From NCBI GenBank assembly GCA_964019335.1, contig OZ025724.1, forward strand, positions 186,001 to 250,000: 64,000 nt of DNA. The letters are read 5' to 3'. The stretch is from Diplonema japonicum. Its lineage: Eukaryota > Protista > Euglenozoa: Diplonemea. Below are positions 12,170 to 22,195 of this stretch, in pieces. The translations under genes were made by a program, and so were the position numbers. The number at the start of each line of letters is the position of its first letter. Positions within the stretch are counted from its first letter, which is position 1. The notes beneath the pieces were generated by a model. It did no database searches, was not told the origin of the DNA, and worked only from the letters and a program-made list of their open reading frames with translations.

Positions 12170-12750
12170 AAAAAGGATACACCAGAAGGTCAGGAAACCG
12201 TCCAGGACAACACCAAGGACACACCGATAGTACAAACCGACCAAACCTGCCCACGTTCTGCTCTCCAAATAACGCGGCGTCAAGATGTGCAAAGAAGAAG
12301 GAACATCAGTCCGGGTTAAGCAGCGTTCATTGGTCGGAGAAAAAAAAAACAAATAAACTATTACCGACGAACTTGCGCGCTACTTATTCTTACCTTCTCT
12401 TTCTAACCTCCATAAAAAAGTTTGAAATAGTTTCTTTCCCCCCGTTTGGTAACGTTAAAGGAGGTCTTGACGCCTTGTTCATCCACCACCTGTATTTATC
12501 CCTTTCAGCTTTTTCTTCTTCAGTGGTCATGCCGGCCTCCTCCCCAGCTTGCTTTTTCCATGACTGCGCCTGGGCGCCCTTGCGGAAAATGGAAAATACC
12601 AATTCCTTGGTGGTCGTCTCGATCTCTCGTTTACCATCAGAGGTGAAGTACTGAGGTTTCAGATGGGTACAGATAACGCAGAGTTTCAAAACCTTTTCAT
12701 TCCATTTTCTTTCCCTCAGAATCGGCCCCAGACGTCGGTCCAGATTCTTC
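12170..12750 (-). pseudogene. Degenerate coding fragment, possibly hAT-like transposase C-terminus
   Basis: Broken frame with THLKPQY, DKYRWW, VARKFV..SPTNERC, loosely like the hAT LDP.F / WW / LA+K+L..SER motifs. Weak. Confidence 0.2.
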
Positions 12751-12752
12751 TT

Positions 12753-13635
12753 TGATCTGCCCCACGGAGAGATTGACATCGTTAGGTGTGATCAGGTTGC
12801 TCCCCTTGGAGAGGTGCTCCTGATGGCCCTGTCCATGGTCCGTGGGTACTGCCTATCCATTCTCCTCTCGCCTCCGAGCCTAACCTCGTTCTCACCCTTC
12901 TGCCTCTCCTTCTTCTTCAGCCTGTCTGCTGTCTCCTTGATGATGTCCTGCAGGATCGCATCAGTCGATGATGGACCAGAAGAACGACACGTCCACACAC
13001 AGCTCCACGTTGTCCACTGTCCTGCAGTTGAACTCGTAGTTCATGTACGACGGGCGCCTGTCGAACTTCCACACAAGGTCCACAGAGGTGTGCTCCTTCC
13101 GCAGGTCTGTCGACCACTCTTGCTTCACGATCTCACAGAAGGGTGGGAGGAAGAAGTTCCTCAGTTCCGAATCCCCTCGCGCGTAGATGAACTTCCCTGT
13201 CTTGTCCTTGTACACCACTGTCTGGTACTCCTCAAGGATGATCTTCTCCTGCACCTCCACGATCTCTTGGTACTTCGAGGGGATGAACAGCCCCAGCTGC
13301 GAGATCTGCACAAGGCTTCCCGTGTCGGTGTTCCGCACCAGAACACAGTGGTGCTCGTCGACGTTCACCCCGCACTGCACCCCGCCTATCACCTCCTCCA
13401 AGGGGTCTGGAACCACACGCTGCTCCCCGACTTCGATCCTCAGCTTGCCCTCCTGGTCCTTGATCCGCAGGTACTCATTCTTTGCAAGGTTGTACACCTG
13501 TAGTGGTGGTGGTGGTGGTGGCGGTGGCCATACCTTCTTGTAGGGTGATATCTCATAGGCTTGAACAGGCATCGACCCCCCCATTGCACGGTGATCAGCA
13601 GCTGCTCGTTTTCCTCAAAGAGACGCACAAAGCAT
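12753..13635 (-). pseudogene. Internally deleted pseudogene (copy B) of the MVP/SPFH-like gene
   Basis: About 12965-13505 matches copies A and C. Flanks carry several deletions (e.g. junction at ~12965, large loss at ~13570) and no intact start. Confidence 0.85.
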
Positions 13636-14722
13636 ATCTCTATAACCTGCGCAAAGACCTTAAACCTTGGGTAGATGTTGCCCGGGAGATATTGTGAAGG
13701 CAACATTGGGTCACTAAGTAAGTGCGTACGAGAAAAATAAAAATAAAAGTACTACAAAAAAAAAAAAAGAAAGAAAATGTTGTAAAAGGAGGTAGGAACA
13801 CAATATTAGGAGAAGAAAAAGAAAATAGGGGGAAGAAGAAAAAAAATACTGACAAAAATCCCTTTTGCCAAAAGAAAAAGGGAAAAGGAAGAGAGGATAA
13901 GCGCAGAGAAGGAACAAGGGAATCGAACCGTGAGTTGTTATTTTATTTTGTTGTTTTTTTCCTTGTCACTTGTTTTTCGATTCCCTAGAAGAAGAAGAGA
14001 AGAAAGAAGAAAAAAAAAAAAAACGAGACCATGCATCGCTCAGTAACTTAATGTTGCTTTTTTCTTTGATTTCTTTCGTTCTCTTTTAGAGTTTTCTCCT
14101 TTTCTCGATACGTTTATGACAATCTTTTCTTTTATTATTATTATTTTTTTTCTCGTTTCTTTTTTTTTTTTTTTATTATTATTTTTTTGTCTAGCATTTT
14201 GTCATTTAGAGAAATAAAATGGGAAAAAAAAAAAAAAAAAAAGCAGCAGACACCCCTTTGTAAAATAAGGGGAGGAAAAAAAAAAAAGAAGAAGGGAAAA
14301 GAAAAAAGAAAAAGAGACAAATAAAAAAAGAAAACTCATCTAGCGTTTCGTCCTTTTCTTAAAAAAAGAGAAGAATAGGCGAGCGAGGTATTCTTTGTTT
14401 TGTTGGTAACGGCTACAAACTTTTTTTTTCCTACTAAAGAGATTTATCGGTGGTTATGATTTGCATCTTCGTAATCGGTTACAAAAAAAGAGACGTTTTG
14501 AAATCGGGTCATTCTTCTTTTTTTTCTTTTTTACTTCTGTTCAGAGGAAAAAAAAAGATGCAAACTATGGGACTTTCTTTTTTTTTTTTTCTTCTCTCTC
14601 CGTAAAGAAAAGAAAGCAATGCAGAGGGAGGTAAAAAAAAAAAAAAAAAAACAACAAAAAAAAAAAGAATTTCTTTTTTCTTTTTGAGTCGTACTGTGCT
14701 ATGTTTCAGTAAGAGAGTGTTC

Positions 14723-16346
14723 TCAGAACCCCTTATCATCCTTTGTTGTGGGGAAGATCTGCCCCACGGAGAGATTGACATCGTTAGGTGTGATCATGAG
14801 CTGGTTGCTCCCCTTGGAGAGGTGCTCTACAGAGTCAAGCTTCCTGAGCATGAGGAACATCTTGATCGCCTTGTCGAGGTCCATGGTGGCAGTGTCCTTC
14901 CCTGTGGTCTTCTCCATGAAGGCGACGAGCTTCATGGCCTCTGCCTCTCCCTCGATCCGCGCCTCCGTCTTCAGGTGGGACTTCTTCAACTCGATGAGCT
15001 CCTTCTTCATCTTCTCCTCCTCGATCTCTCCCCCGAGCCTGCTCAGAGCAACCTCGTTCTCACCCTTCTGCCTCTCCTTCTTCTTCAGCCTGTCCGCTGT
15101 CTCCTTGATGATGTCCTGCAGGATCGCATCAGTCTCACTCGAGGCACACTTGAAGCGCAGCACCTCCACCGAGATGAGGTCCACCCCCCTCTCCTCGTAG
15201 AAGGGGTCGTCGATGCACGCCCCGCGGATGATCTCGTTGAACTTCTCCAGGAAATCCAGCAGCTTGATCCTCGACACCTCTTGGATGATCTTTGAACGGG
15301 CGTGTGTGCACGTGTCCCCAGGGGCATCTGCCGTCTTCTCCACCAACATCGGGACGTCGATGATGGACCAGAAGAACGACACGTCCACACACAGCTCCAC
15401 GTTGTCCACTGTCCTGCAGTTGAACTCGTAGTTCATGTACGACGGGCGCCTGTCGAACTTCCACACAAGGTCCACAGAGGTGTGCTCCTTCCGCAGGTCT
15501 GTCGACCACTCTTGCTTCACGATCTCACAGAAGGGTGGGAGGAAGAAGTTCCTCAGTTCCGAATCCCCTCGCGCGTAGATGAACTTCCCTGTCTTGTCCT
15601 TGTACACCACTGTCTGGTACTCCTCAAGGATGATCTTCTCCTGCACCTCCACGATCTCTTGGTACTTCGAGGGGATGAACAGCCCCAGCTGCGAGATCTG
15701 CACAAGGCTTCCCGTGTCGGTGTTCCGCACCAGAACACAGTGGTGCTCGTCGACGTTCACCCCGCACTGCACCCCGCCTATCACCTCCTCCAAGGGGTCT
15801 GGAACCACACGCTGCTCCCCGACTTCGATCCTCAGCTTGCCCTCCTGGTCCTTGATCCGCAGGTACTCATTCTTTGCAAGGTTGTACACCTGTAGTGGTG
15901 GTGGTGGTGGGTCGTGGTGGCCATACCTTCTTGTAGGGAGAAATCTCATCATAAGGCCCAGGCTTGAACAGGCTTGGGCCCACAATGTTCTTCACTGTAC
16001 CGTTCTCACCTGTTGTGTTTATTTTTACAGTTTGCCGCTGCCGCTGCATACCATCAGTGATAGTGATGTACTGCTGCGCCGTCAGGTTTGGGCAGGTCCC
16101 AGAGTGCACCACAGCCTCACGCTCGTTCATCCACACAACGCTTGGCCCGTAGAACGACTTCTTCGACCCGAATTCGTCGTTCATCACAATGGAGTACTCC
16201 CCGGTCCCGAGCACCAGAGCCCCACGGGACTCCGTGCTGCTGCATGGCCCGTAGCACATGACCCCGGGGCCGTTCTCCACCGACCTCTCCCCATTGCACG
16301 AGGTGATCAGCAGCTGCTCGTTTTCCTCAAGGCACGAAAAGCACAT
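14723..16346 (-). CDS. MVP-like/SPFH protein, copy A; exons 16346-16052, 16009-15927, 15889-14723 (514 aa)
   Basis: Introns 16010-16051 (42 nt) and 15890-15926 (37 nt). Exons are near-identical to copy C, 4376 bp away. Confidence 0.75.
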
Positions 16347-16619
16347 TTTTATGTTTTTGTTAAGGCTTGTTTAAATGCTAAGGTTTCTTCATATACTATA
16401 TGGGCACAGAAGTTAGTTTAAAATGGATGAGAGAAAAACAAAAGAAATAAAAAAGAATAAAGAGCGAAAAATAATAAAAAAGAAAACAAGAAAAACGGCA
16501 TGAGTCTGGTGAAGAAGATATCTTTCTTTTATTTTCTTTATTTACTGTAAAAGGAAGGTTTACTGGAAGGAAAAATATCCGGAATTTCCTAAGGGGCCCA
16601 GGGCTACCTCTACCCCTCG

Positions 16620-16880
16620 CCGACAAGCTCCCATGCTGCTCAACCCACTGGCTTTGTTTGTGCGTTGTTCAAAAAAAAAGAGGGGGTACACAAACTTTTT
16701 CAGCTGTCTTATAGAGGCGTAGGGCGTAGGGCGTAGGCGTGTTTTTATGTCAAGAGGTTGGCATAAAATAGATGAGGCTGGGGGGACGAATACTATGTGT
16801 ACATTGGTTTCAGAAAACAAGTCCACATCGGCAATGAGGGGAGAAGCAAATCTTCTACTCCCAGAGCCGAAGCATTCCCT
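16620..16880 (-). mobile_element. Relic of pogo/Tc1-mariner (DDE_1-type) transposase
   Basis: ETNVHIVFVPPASSILCQPLDI matches the pogo/Tigger 'I.++F+P.N.T..LQPLD' motif. No TIRs found. Confidence 0.45.
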
Positions 16881-18084
16881 GGTTGGGGATTCCGGTGATT
16901 TTCCTTTTACAGTATTTTTCTTTTTCTTTTTTAAAGTTTTTTTTATTCAAATGCCTCACTGTCTGCTTAAAAGGACAAGCCTCTAAAGAAGAAAATTTGT
17001 TGTTTCACATGAGCAAAAAAAAAAAAAAAAAGGTGCAAATCTTTTTTTTTTTTTTTTGTCCCGCTCGGCACAAGTTGCACGCAAGGTAAAATCATTTGAA
17101 TGGTTAACAGAAGTGGAAAAAAGCGAAGTGGTGGAGAGATATTGAAGAAATACTTAAATAAACGGAGGGAACTGGCCGTTGTGCCGTTTGCGTCCGTACA
17201 CGGAAAGAAGCCTGGAGGTATATAACCCGTAGACACGTTGAAAACACGTTCTAAGAAATATATAAATTATATTATATTAGTTAAAGGAGGTCTGTGCGAG
17301 CCGCTCCCACCTACCTATCTGTTATATGGATCGTTTTCACTCTCACTCCGCTTAAAAAAAAAAAAAAAGAAGAACAAATCTTTTTATCTAACTCTTTCAT
17401 TTTGTTCACTAAAAAACTAGTTTGGCGCTCCATTTGTTTGTGCGCACGAGCGGAAAAAAAAAAGAAAAAAATTTGTATATATAGGTCACCTCTCCGCTAT
17501 TTGTCAATGCTTTTTTTGAAAAATGCGAAAAAACGCTTTTTTAAATTTTCACAAAAAAGGGGCAGCATGCAACCACAGGAAGTATGAAAGAAACGTGTAA
17601 ACAGTCCCGAAAACTCCGTTAAAGGGCTTGCTTTTTTGAGAAAAAATACAATGTGGGGGGCTGAAACATAAAAATGTGTGGTGTATGAACACAGTTTGCA
17701 CAACTTCGACATGGATTAAAGGGAAAAGTAGTGTAAATCATGCTTAATTTTCGCTGGGTTTAAAGAAAGTAAAAAAAAGTGACAGCACCTAGCCATGATT
17801 TTCTTATTCAAAATTTTATTCCACTTCTGGAGCAAATCCAGGCATGGCTTTTTGATTTTTACATTTAAAAAAATATGAAATTTGTGGGCAGTACTTTGTG
17901 ACAAATAGCGAAGAGGTGACCATATATATATATGAGTTAAAGGAAGTCTTTGTGAGACGCCCCCTTGTTCTCATCTTCTACCAAAAAGAAAAAAAAGAAA
18001 GTCATCAGTTGTATGCCACACCTATTTTACAGTCAAAGAACAGCTGCAAATCCTCCATCGTTTCTTTCGTGAGGTCGACACTGC

Positions 18085-18116
<32 letters not shown>

Positions 18117-18140
18117 TAAAATATATAAATTCCTCCCCCT

Positions 18141-19685
18141 TTACTTTTTTTGTTGCTCATACCAGGTGTTCCCTATGACGCCAGCGTTCTGAAAACAGTA
18201 GATGAAATGCCACTCATTGCCCCGGTGGACAATTTTGTACTGAGTGAGCAGCTTCTCACCTTCAAAACAGACGTAGAACGAGGTTTTTGCAGGCGTCTCG
18301 TTCGACAGCTTCTTAACCAACTTCGTACCATTTACGACATGACTGCCAATCTTCGTCATGCTGGCCGTTTTTATTTCCTTAAAGCTGTCAGAGTCGGCTC
18401 TAGGTTCTGGTATATCAATGGCGGTTGGCACCGATGGTTCACCACCGGGACATTTTCCAAGACACATTTTGTTACACCAGACAGCATGTCCGCAAATGGC
18501 GATTTTTCGCTGTCGGCTCCACGTCGTGGTGTATACTTCTACACTCTTGACGATTGTCCGAACGTCCGCCTCCGTTAAGTACGCCGGAATGAGGGTTTTC
18601 CCCGAAGGGTTCTCAAGGCTCAACATACACCGGCATTCGTTCAGAGTCCCTACCATTTCAACGGGCTTCTCGAGAGCTTTTATCACCTTGCCGTACCCAG
18701 CCATTTTTGCCGGATACGACAACACGGATAATGATTTTTCCGAGATTTTTTTTGAGGCTTCCGACGTGTTAAACGCACTACACTGCAGGCATTGGTTGTT
18801 GTCAGTAGGGTGCAGGCACTTCGGGCACCGGTAGAAATGCGATGCTTGGACATCAACGCGTAGCGTGGCTCTTTTCTCCTTGTGCATACCGGTCAACAAC
18901 CCTCTGAGCAAGATCGCGGCAGCTTCCTGACCAACAGACCCTTTGGAGTACCTCACTTTGTAATCTAGGTGAAAAGGGACTGTGTTGAACAGTGCTGAAC
19001 ATGAATCACACAAACCGCCTGTTCCCACCATGCAGTCCGAACATGTGAGTTCCATCGGGCGGGTGTACATGTTAACTAATTCGGTGGTGCCGCGAAGAGA
19101 ATTTATTATACTGGTCGGTGAAAACCTTTGGTCGTTCTTCGAGTCGGGAATAGGGGAAAGTCCGACAAGAACTCGTGCTAGGTTTTCTGCTGTGTCGCCG
19201 TCCTTCCATCTTCGTTCTTTTTTGCTTCCTTCGAGTACCACGTGCTGCCCTTCAGATGAGTCAGCTTCGAATGTTAGATTTATGTTGCGGGAGTACCGTT
19301 TGTTCACTTCTACCGCGATGGTGAAGGCTGATCTGAGCTCGTGGCCGTTAGATTTGATTTTCGAGGCGTGAAGGTGGATTTTTCGGGTTTTTTTGATGAG
19401 GTGGTCTTCTTTGCACTGCCTCATGGGTATTACACCGCCTTCTTCCAACAGTCCGAAGGTCGTGCATGCATCGCAGAGCCACCTGTCGCCGTGTATTCTG
19501 CAGCATTCTACCGCGGCACTTTCGCATCCTTTCGTCCAACATTCTTTCGAAGGGTTTGTCCTTCTGCGCACGCGATACTGAGTAGGGACAGCCTCCTTGT
19601 CATGCTGCTGCGCGCATTCGCAACGTAGCGACTCGCTGTTGCAAGACAACCCGCAGTGGCAACATATCACTTGTATGTTCTGCAT
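18141..19685 (-). CDS. Cys-rich hypothetical protein with several CxxC pairs (514 aa)
   Basis: Long intronless ORF, ATG after an A-run; CCHC, CDAC, CSDC..CDSC, CPKC..CLQC clusters. Family not recognised. Confidence 0.7.
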   Translation of the reverse strand: MQNIQVICCHCGLSCNSESLRCECAQQHDKEAVPTQYRVRRRTNPSKECWTKGCESAAVECCRIHGDRWLCDACTTFGLLEEGGVIPMRQCKEDHLIKKTRKIHLHASKIKSNGHELRSAFTIAVEVNKRYSRNINLTFEADSSEGQHVVLEGSKKERRWKDGDTAENLARVLVGLSPIPDSKNDQRFSPTSIINSLRGTTELVNMYTRPMELTCSDCMVGTGGLCDSCSALFNTVPFHLDYKVRYSKGSVGQEAAAILLRGLLTGMHKEKRATLRVDVQASHFYRCPKCLHPTDNNQCLQCSAFNTSEASKKISEKSLSVLSYPAKMAGYGKVIKALEKPVEMVGTLNECRCMLSLENPSGKTLIPAYLTEADVRTIVKSVEVYTTTWSRQRKIAICGHAVWCNKMCLGKCPGGEPSVPTAIDIPEPRADSDSFKEIKTASMTKIGSHVVNGTKLVKKLSNETPAKTSFYVCFEGEKLLTQYKIVHRGNEWHFIYCFQNAGVIGNTWYEQQKK

Positions 19686-19904
19686 TTCTTTTTTTTTTTA
19701 AAACCCTTTTTTTTTATAACAATATTATTTTTAAAAAAAAAGGAAGAAGAAATAAAAACTTGTACCTAGGCACCCCTATAATACCGCACTTTCTTCTTCT
19801 TTTCTTTTTTCTTTTTTCTTTTTTTTTTTTTTCTCTCCCCCCTTTTACTTCTACAAAGGTTAGATTTAAGAAGAACAAAAAGAAAAGGACTTATATATAC
19901 ATTC

Positions 19905-21260
19905 TCAACGGGAGTAGCAAAGGGAGTAGCATGGGTAAGCACAGTTGGGCCCCACGACACGCATGGTAGAGTTGTTAAGGCGCGTGTCGCTATTTTTCAC
20001 GAGGCAGAGGAGAATGTACCTATCTGGGCCCTCGACGGAGACAAAGCCAGCGTCGGAGTAGGCAGAGATGTAGGCCAACCACGTGCCGAATTTAACGCCC
20101 CCCGACACGCATTTGCTAACGAGAAAACCGGTTTTTTTAATGCTGCGGTGGTTTTCCATTGTACGGGTCCCGTGGAACATCAAGGTTTGGGTGCCGCGGA
20201 CCTTCATGTACTGGGCCAGCACTACAGGGTTGTGCCAGCGTGTGAGCGTCTTGACCCTTACACCGATGGCCTCAGCTCCTGTTAGCGTCCTTATGAAATG
20301 GCCGACTATAATGTTGTACTCTTCAGTGCTCGGGGTGACCACCGCTTCACCGTCGTTGATGTGTTTGTAAGCAATCTGAGAAATCTCTGTACCGCTTGCA
20401 TGCCGTATGGGCTGCATGGTCATTGTCGATAGCTTCACGGTGCCGGTGTTTTGGTGTATCGATGGGACGTATTTTTTCGAATCCTTTTGGGGTTTTTTCC
20501 CCGCGCATGCCGCGCATATCGTTGTATCTCTGGTGTTTCGTTGCTTGCAGGTGAAGCACGTCCAAGACGTGGTGTCATCCCGCGCCGCGATGGCCATACT
20601 GAGCGTCCTGTCCTCCGCGTTTTGTCTGCAATTTTCTAGAAAGCTCTTCATTTCTTCGAGCTGTAGTTCTGCGGCGTAGTGGCTTTCTTTGTTTTGTTGA
20701 GTCTGAAGCATTGCGAAAGCGAAATGAGCCTCCAAATGCTGCACCATTAGGTGCAGCCCAACAGTGTTGTAGCACACTTCGCATGTAGCTACAAGATTCT
20801 CATCCACACCTTCCAATAGATTCTTCGTGCGTTCCTCAAAGAGTGTTGGTTGTGTGTCTTCATAAACAGGGTGGGGGCTTGTTGTGCTTGCTGCCTGGAT
20901 TTCGTCTTCGTACCCGCAGTATATGCACTCTGTTGTGTCTTCACAGTTGCCTTCTCCGCACATTGTGCACTCCCATGAAATGGTGATCTTTTGCGGTTCG
21001 TTGGGTTGAGGGGGCTTGATGTCTTCGTTGACGTCTCCGAGCCTTTTGGATTTTTGCTCTTCTGTTAGTTCCTTTTTCGCGAGGTTTTTGGCCTTCTGCA
21101 GATTTTCTTTATGTTTGTCGCTTGGTGTATAATACCCGCCTTTTATTTTAAAGATTCCACAGGTGCGGCATGCTACGTATTCTTTCTGGTTGTGGCTGTT
21201 GCATGCTTTGCAGTACCATGACTCGGGGGATGGTATAGGTTTCTTCTTCTTTCCAGGCAT
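19905..21260 (-). CDS. RanBP2/NZF zinc-finger and UBZ-like protein with C-terminal PARP-like ADP-ribosyltransferase domain (451 aa)
   Basis: Three W-x-C-x2-C-x3-N-x6-C-x2-C fingers; CEVC..HLEAH; ART motifs LMFHGT, GF, FGTWLAYISAYS, ILLCLV, YPCYSLCY. Confidence 0.8.
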   Translation of the reverse strand: MPGKKKKPIPSPESWYCKACNSHNQKEYVACRTCGIFKIKGGYYTPSDKHKENLQKAKNLAKKELTEEQKSKRLGDVNEDIKPPQPNEPQKITISWECTMCGEGNCEDTTECIYCGYEDEIQAASTTSPHPVYEDTQPTLFEERTKNLLEGVDENLVATCEVCYNTVGLHLMVQHLEAHFAFAMLQTQQNKESHYAAELQLEEMKSFLENCRQNAEDRTLSMAIAARDDTTSWTCFTCKQRNTRDTTICAACAGKKPQKDSKKYVPSIHQNTGTVKLSTMTMQPIRHASGTEISQIAYKHINDGEAVVTPSTEEYNIIVGHFIRTLTGAEAIGVRVKTLTRWHNPVVLAQYMKVRGTQTLMFHGTRTMENHRSIKKTGFLVSKCVSGGVKFGTWLAYISAYSDAGFVSVEGPDRYILLCLVKNSDTRLNNSTMRVVGPNCAYPCYSLCYSR

Positions 21261-22195
21261 TGGTTTTCCCCTCCCTTTTTTTTTTTTTTTTTTTTTTTTT
21301 TTCTCTTTTTTTTTTTTTGTGCTTGCATGTTATGAGGAAGAGTGTGAAAGGAAGACAAAAAGGGAGAAAAAAAAAGTATCGGAAAAAAAAAAAAAGAAAA
21401 AAAAAAAAAAAAGGAACTAAAAGTATCAAGATACGATTTTTTTTTTTTTTTTTTTTTTTCCCTCCCTCCTTCCCGCAATAACTCCGGACGAACGAACCCT
21501 TGAAAGGAGGGGAACGGAAATTTATAAAAAAGAAGAAGAAAAAAAAAGGTTTATAAAAATAAAAAAGAAAGACCCTCGCACTGCACGCAGATAGGCTCAG
21601 GTCATCAACAAAGTCCCCTGGGCTCCACAGCTCAGCTGAAAACAAAAAGGCTTTTTGTAACGACTCTTATCGCTTCATTTTTCATCGTTTTTTTTTTTTT
21701 TTTTTTTTTTCTCGCTCGCAAAGATTTTTTTAAAAATATAAAACCCGTAGAGGCCTTTAAAAAAAGAAATTCACTATGATAGGAACAAAGTGGTTAGCCG
21801 CCGCAGTGTCCCAAAAAAAAAAAAAAAAAAAAGAATAGGCGAGAAGTTAATTATTCTTTTTTGCGCGCGATGGTTACAATTTTTTTCTTCCCTAAAGCCG
21901 AAAAAGAGAAAACGCGTAAAAAAACGCATAAAAATCGCAGCCCAACATTTTTTTTTTTGTTGATGACTACAATTAAACAAGTGCTTTTTTTTTTTTTCTT
22001 TCTTTTTTTTTCTTCTGTTCCATAAAAAAAAGGGGGAGGGATAAGGGGGAAGAAGAAAAAAAAAAAAAAAAAAAACCCTCCTTTTTTTTTTTTTCTTTTT
22101 TTCCTTCCTGCGCACATCCCTGAAGCAACACTAAAAAAAAAAAAAAAACTATTCTTTTAAGGTATGCGTTTTTGCGCTCACCGGCCGCGCTGCGC

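Noticed and set aside
15867-15985. Programmed frameshift between overlapping ORFs of the MVP-like gene
   Set aside because: Explained by a 37-nt GTATG..CAG intron present in both intact copies.
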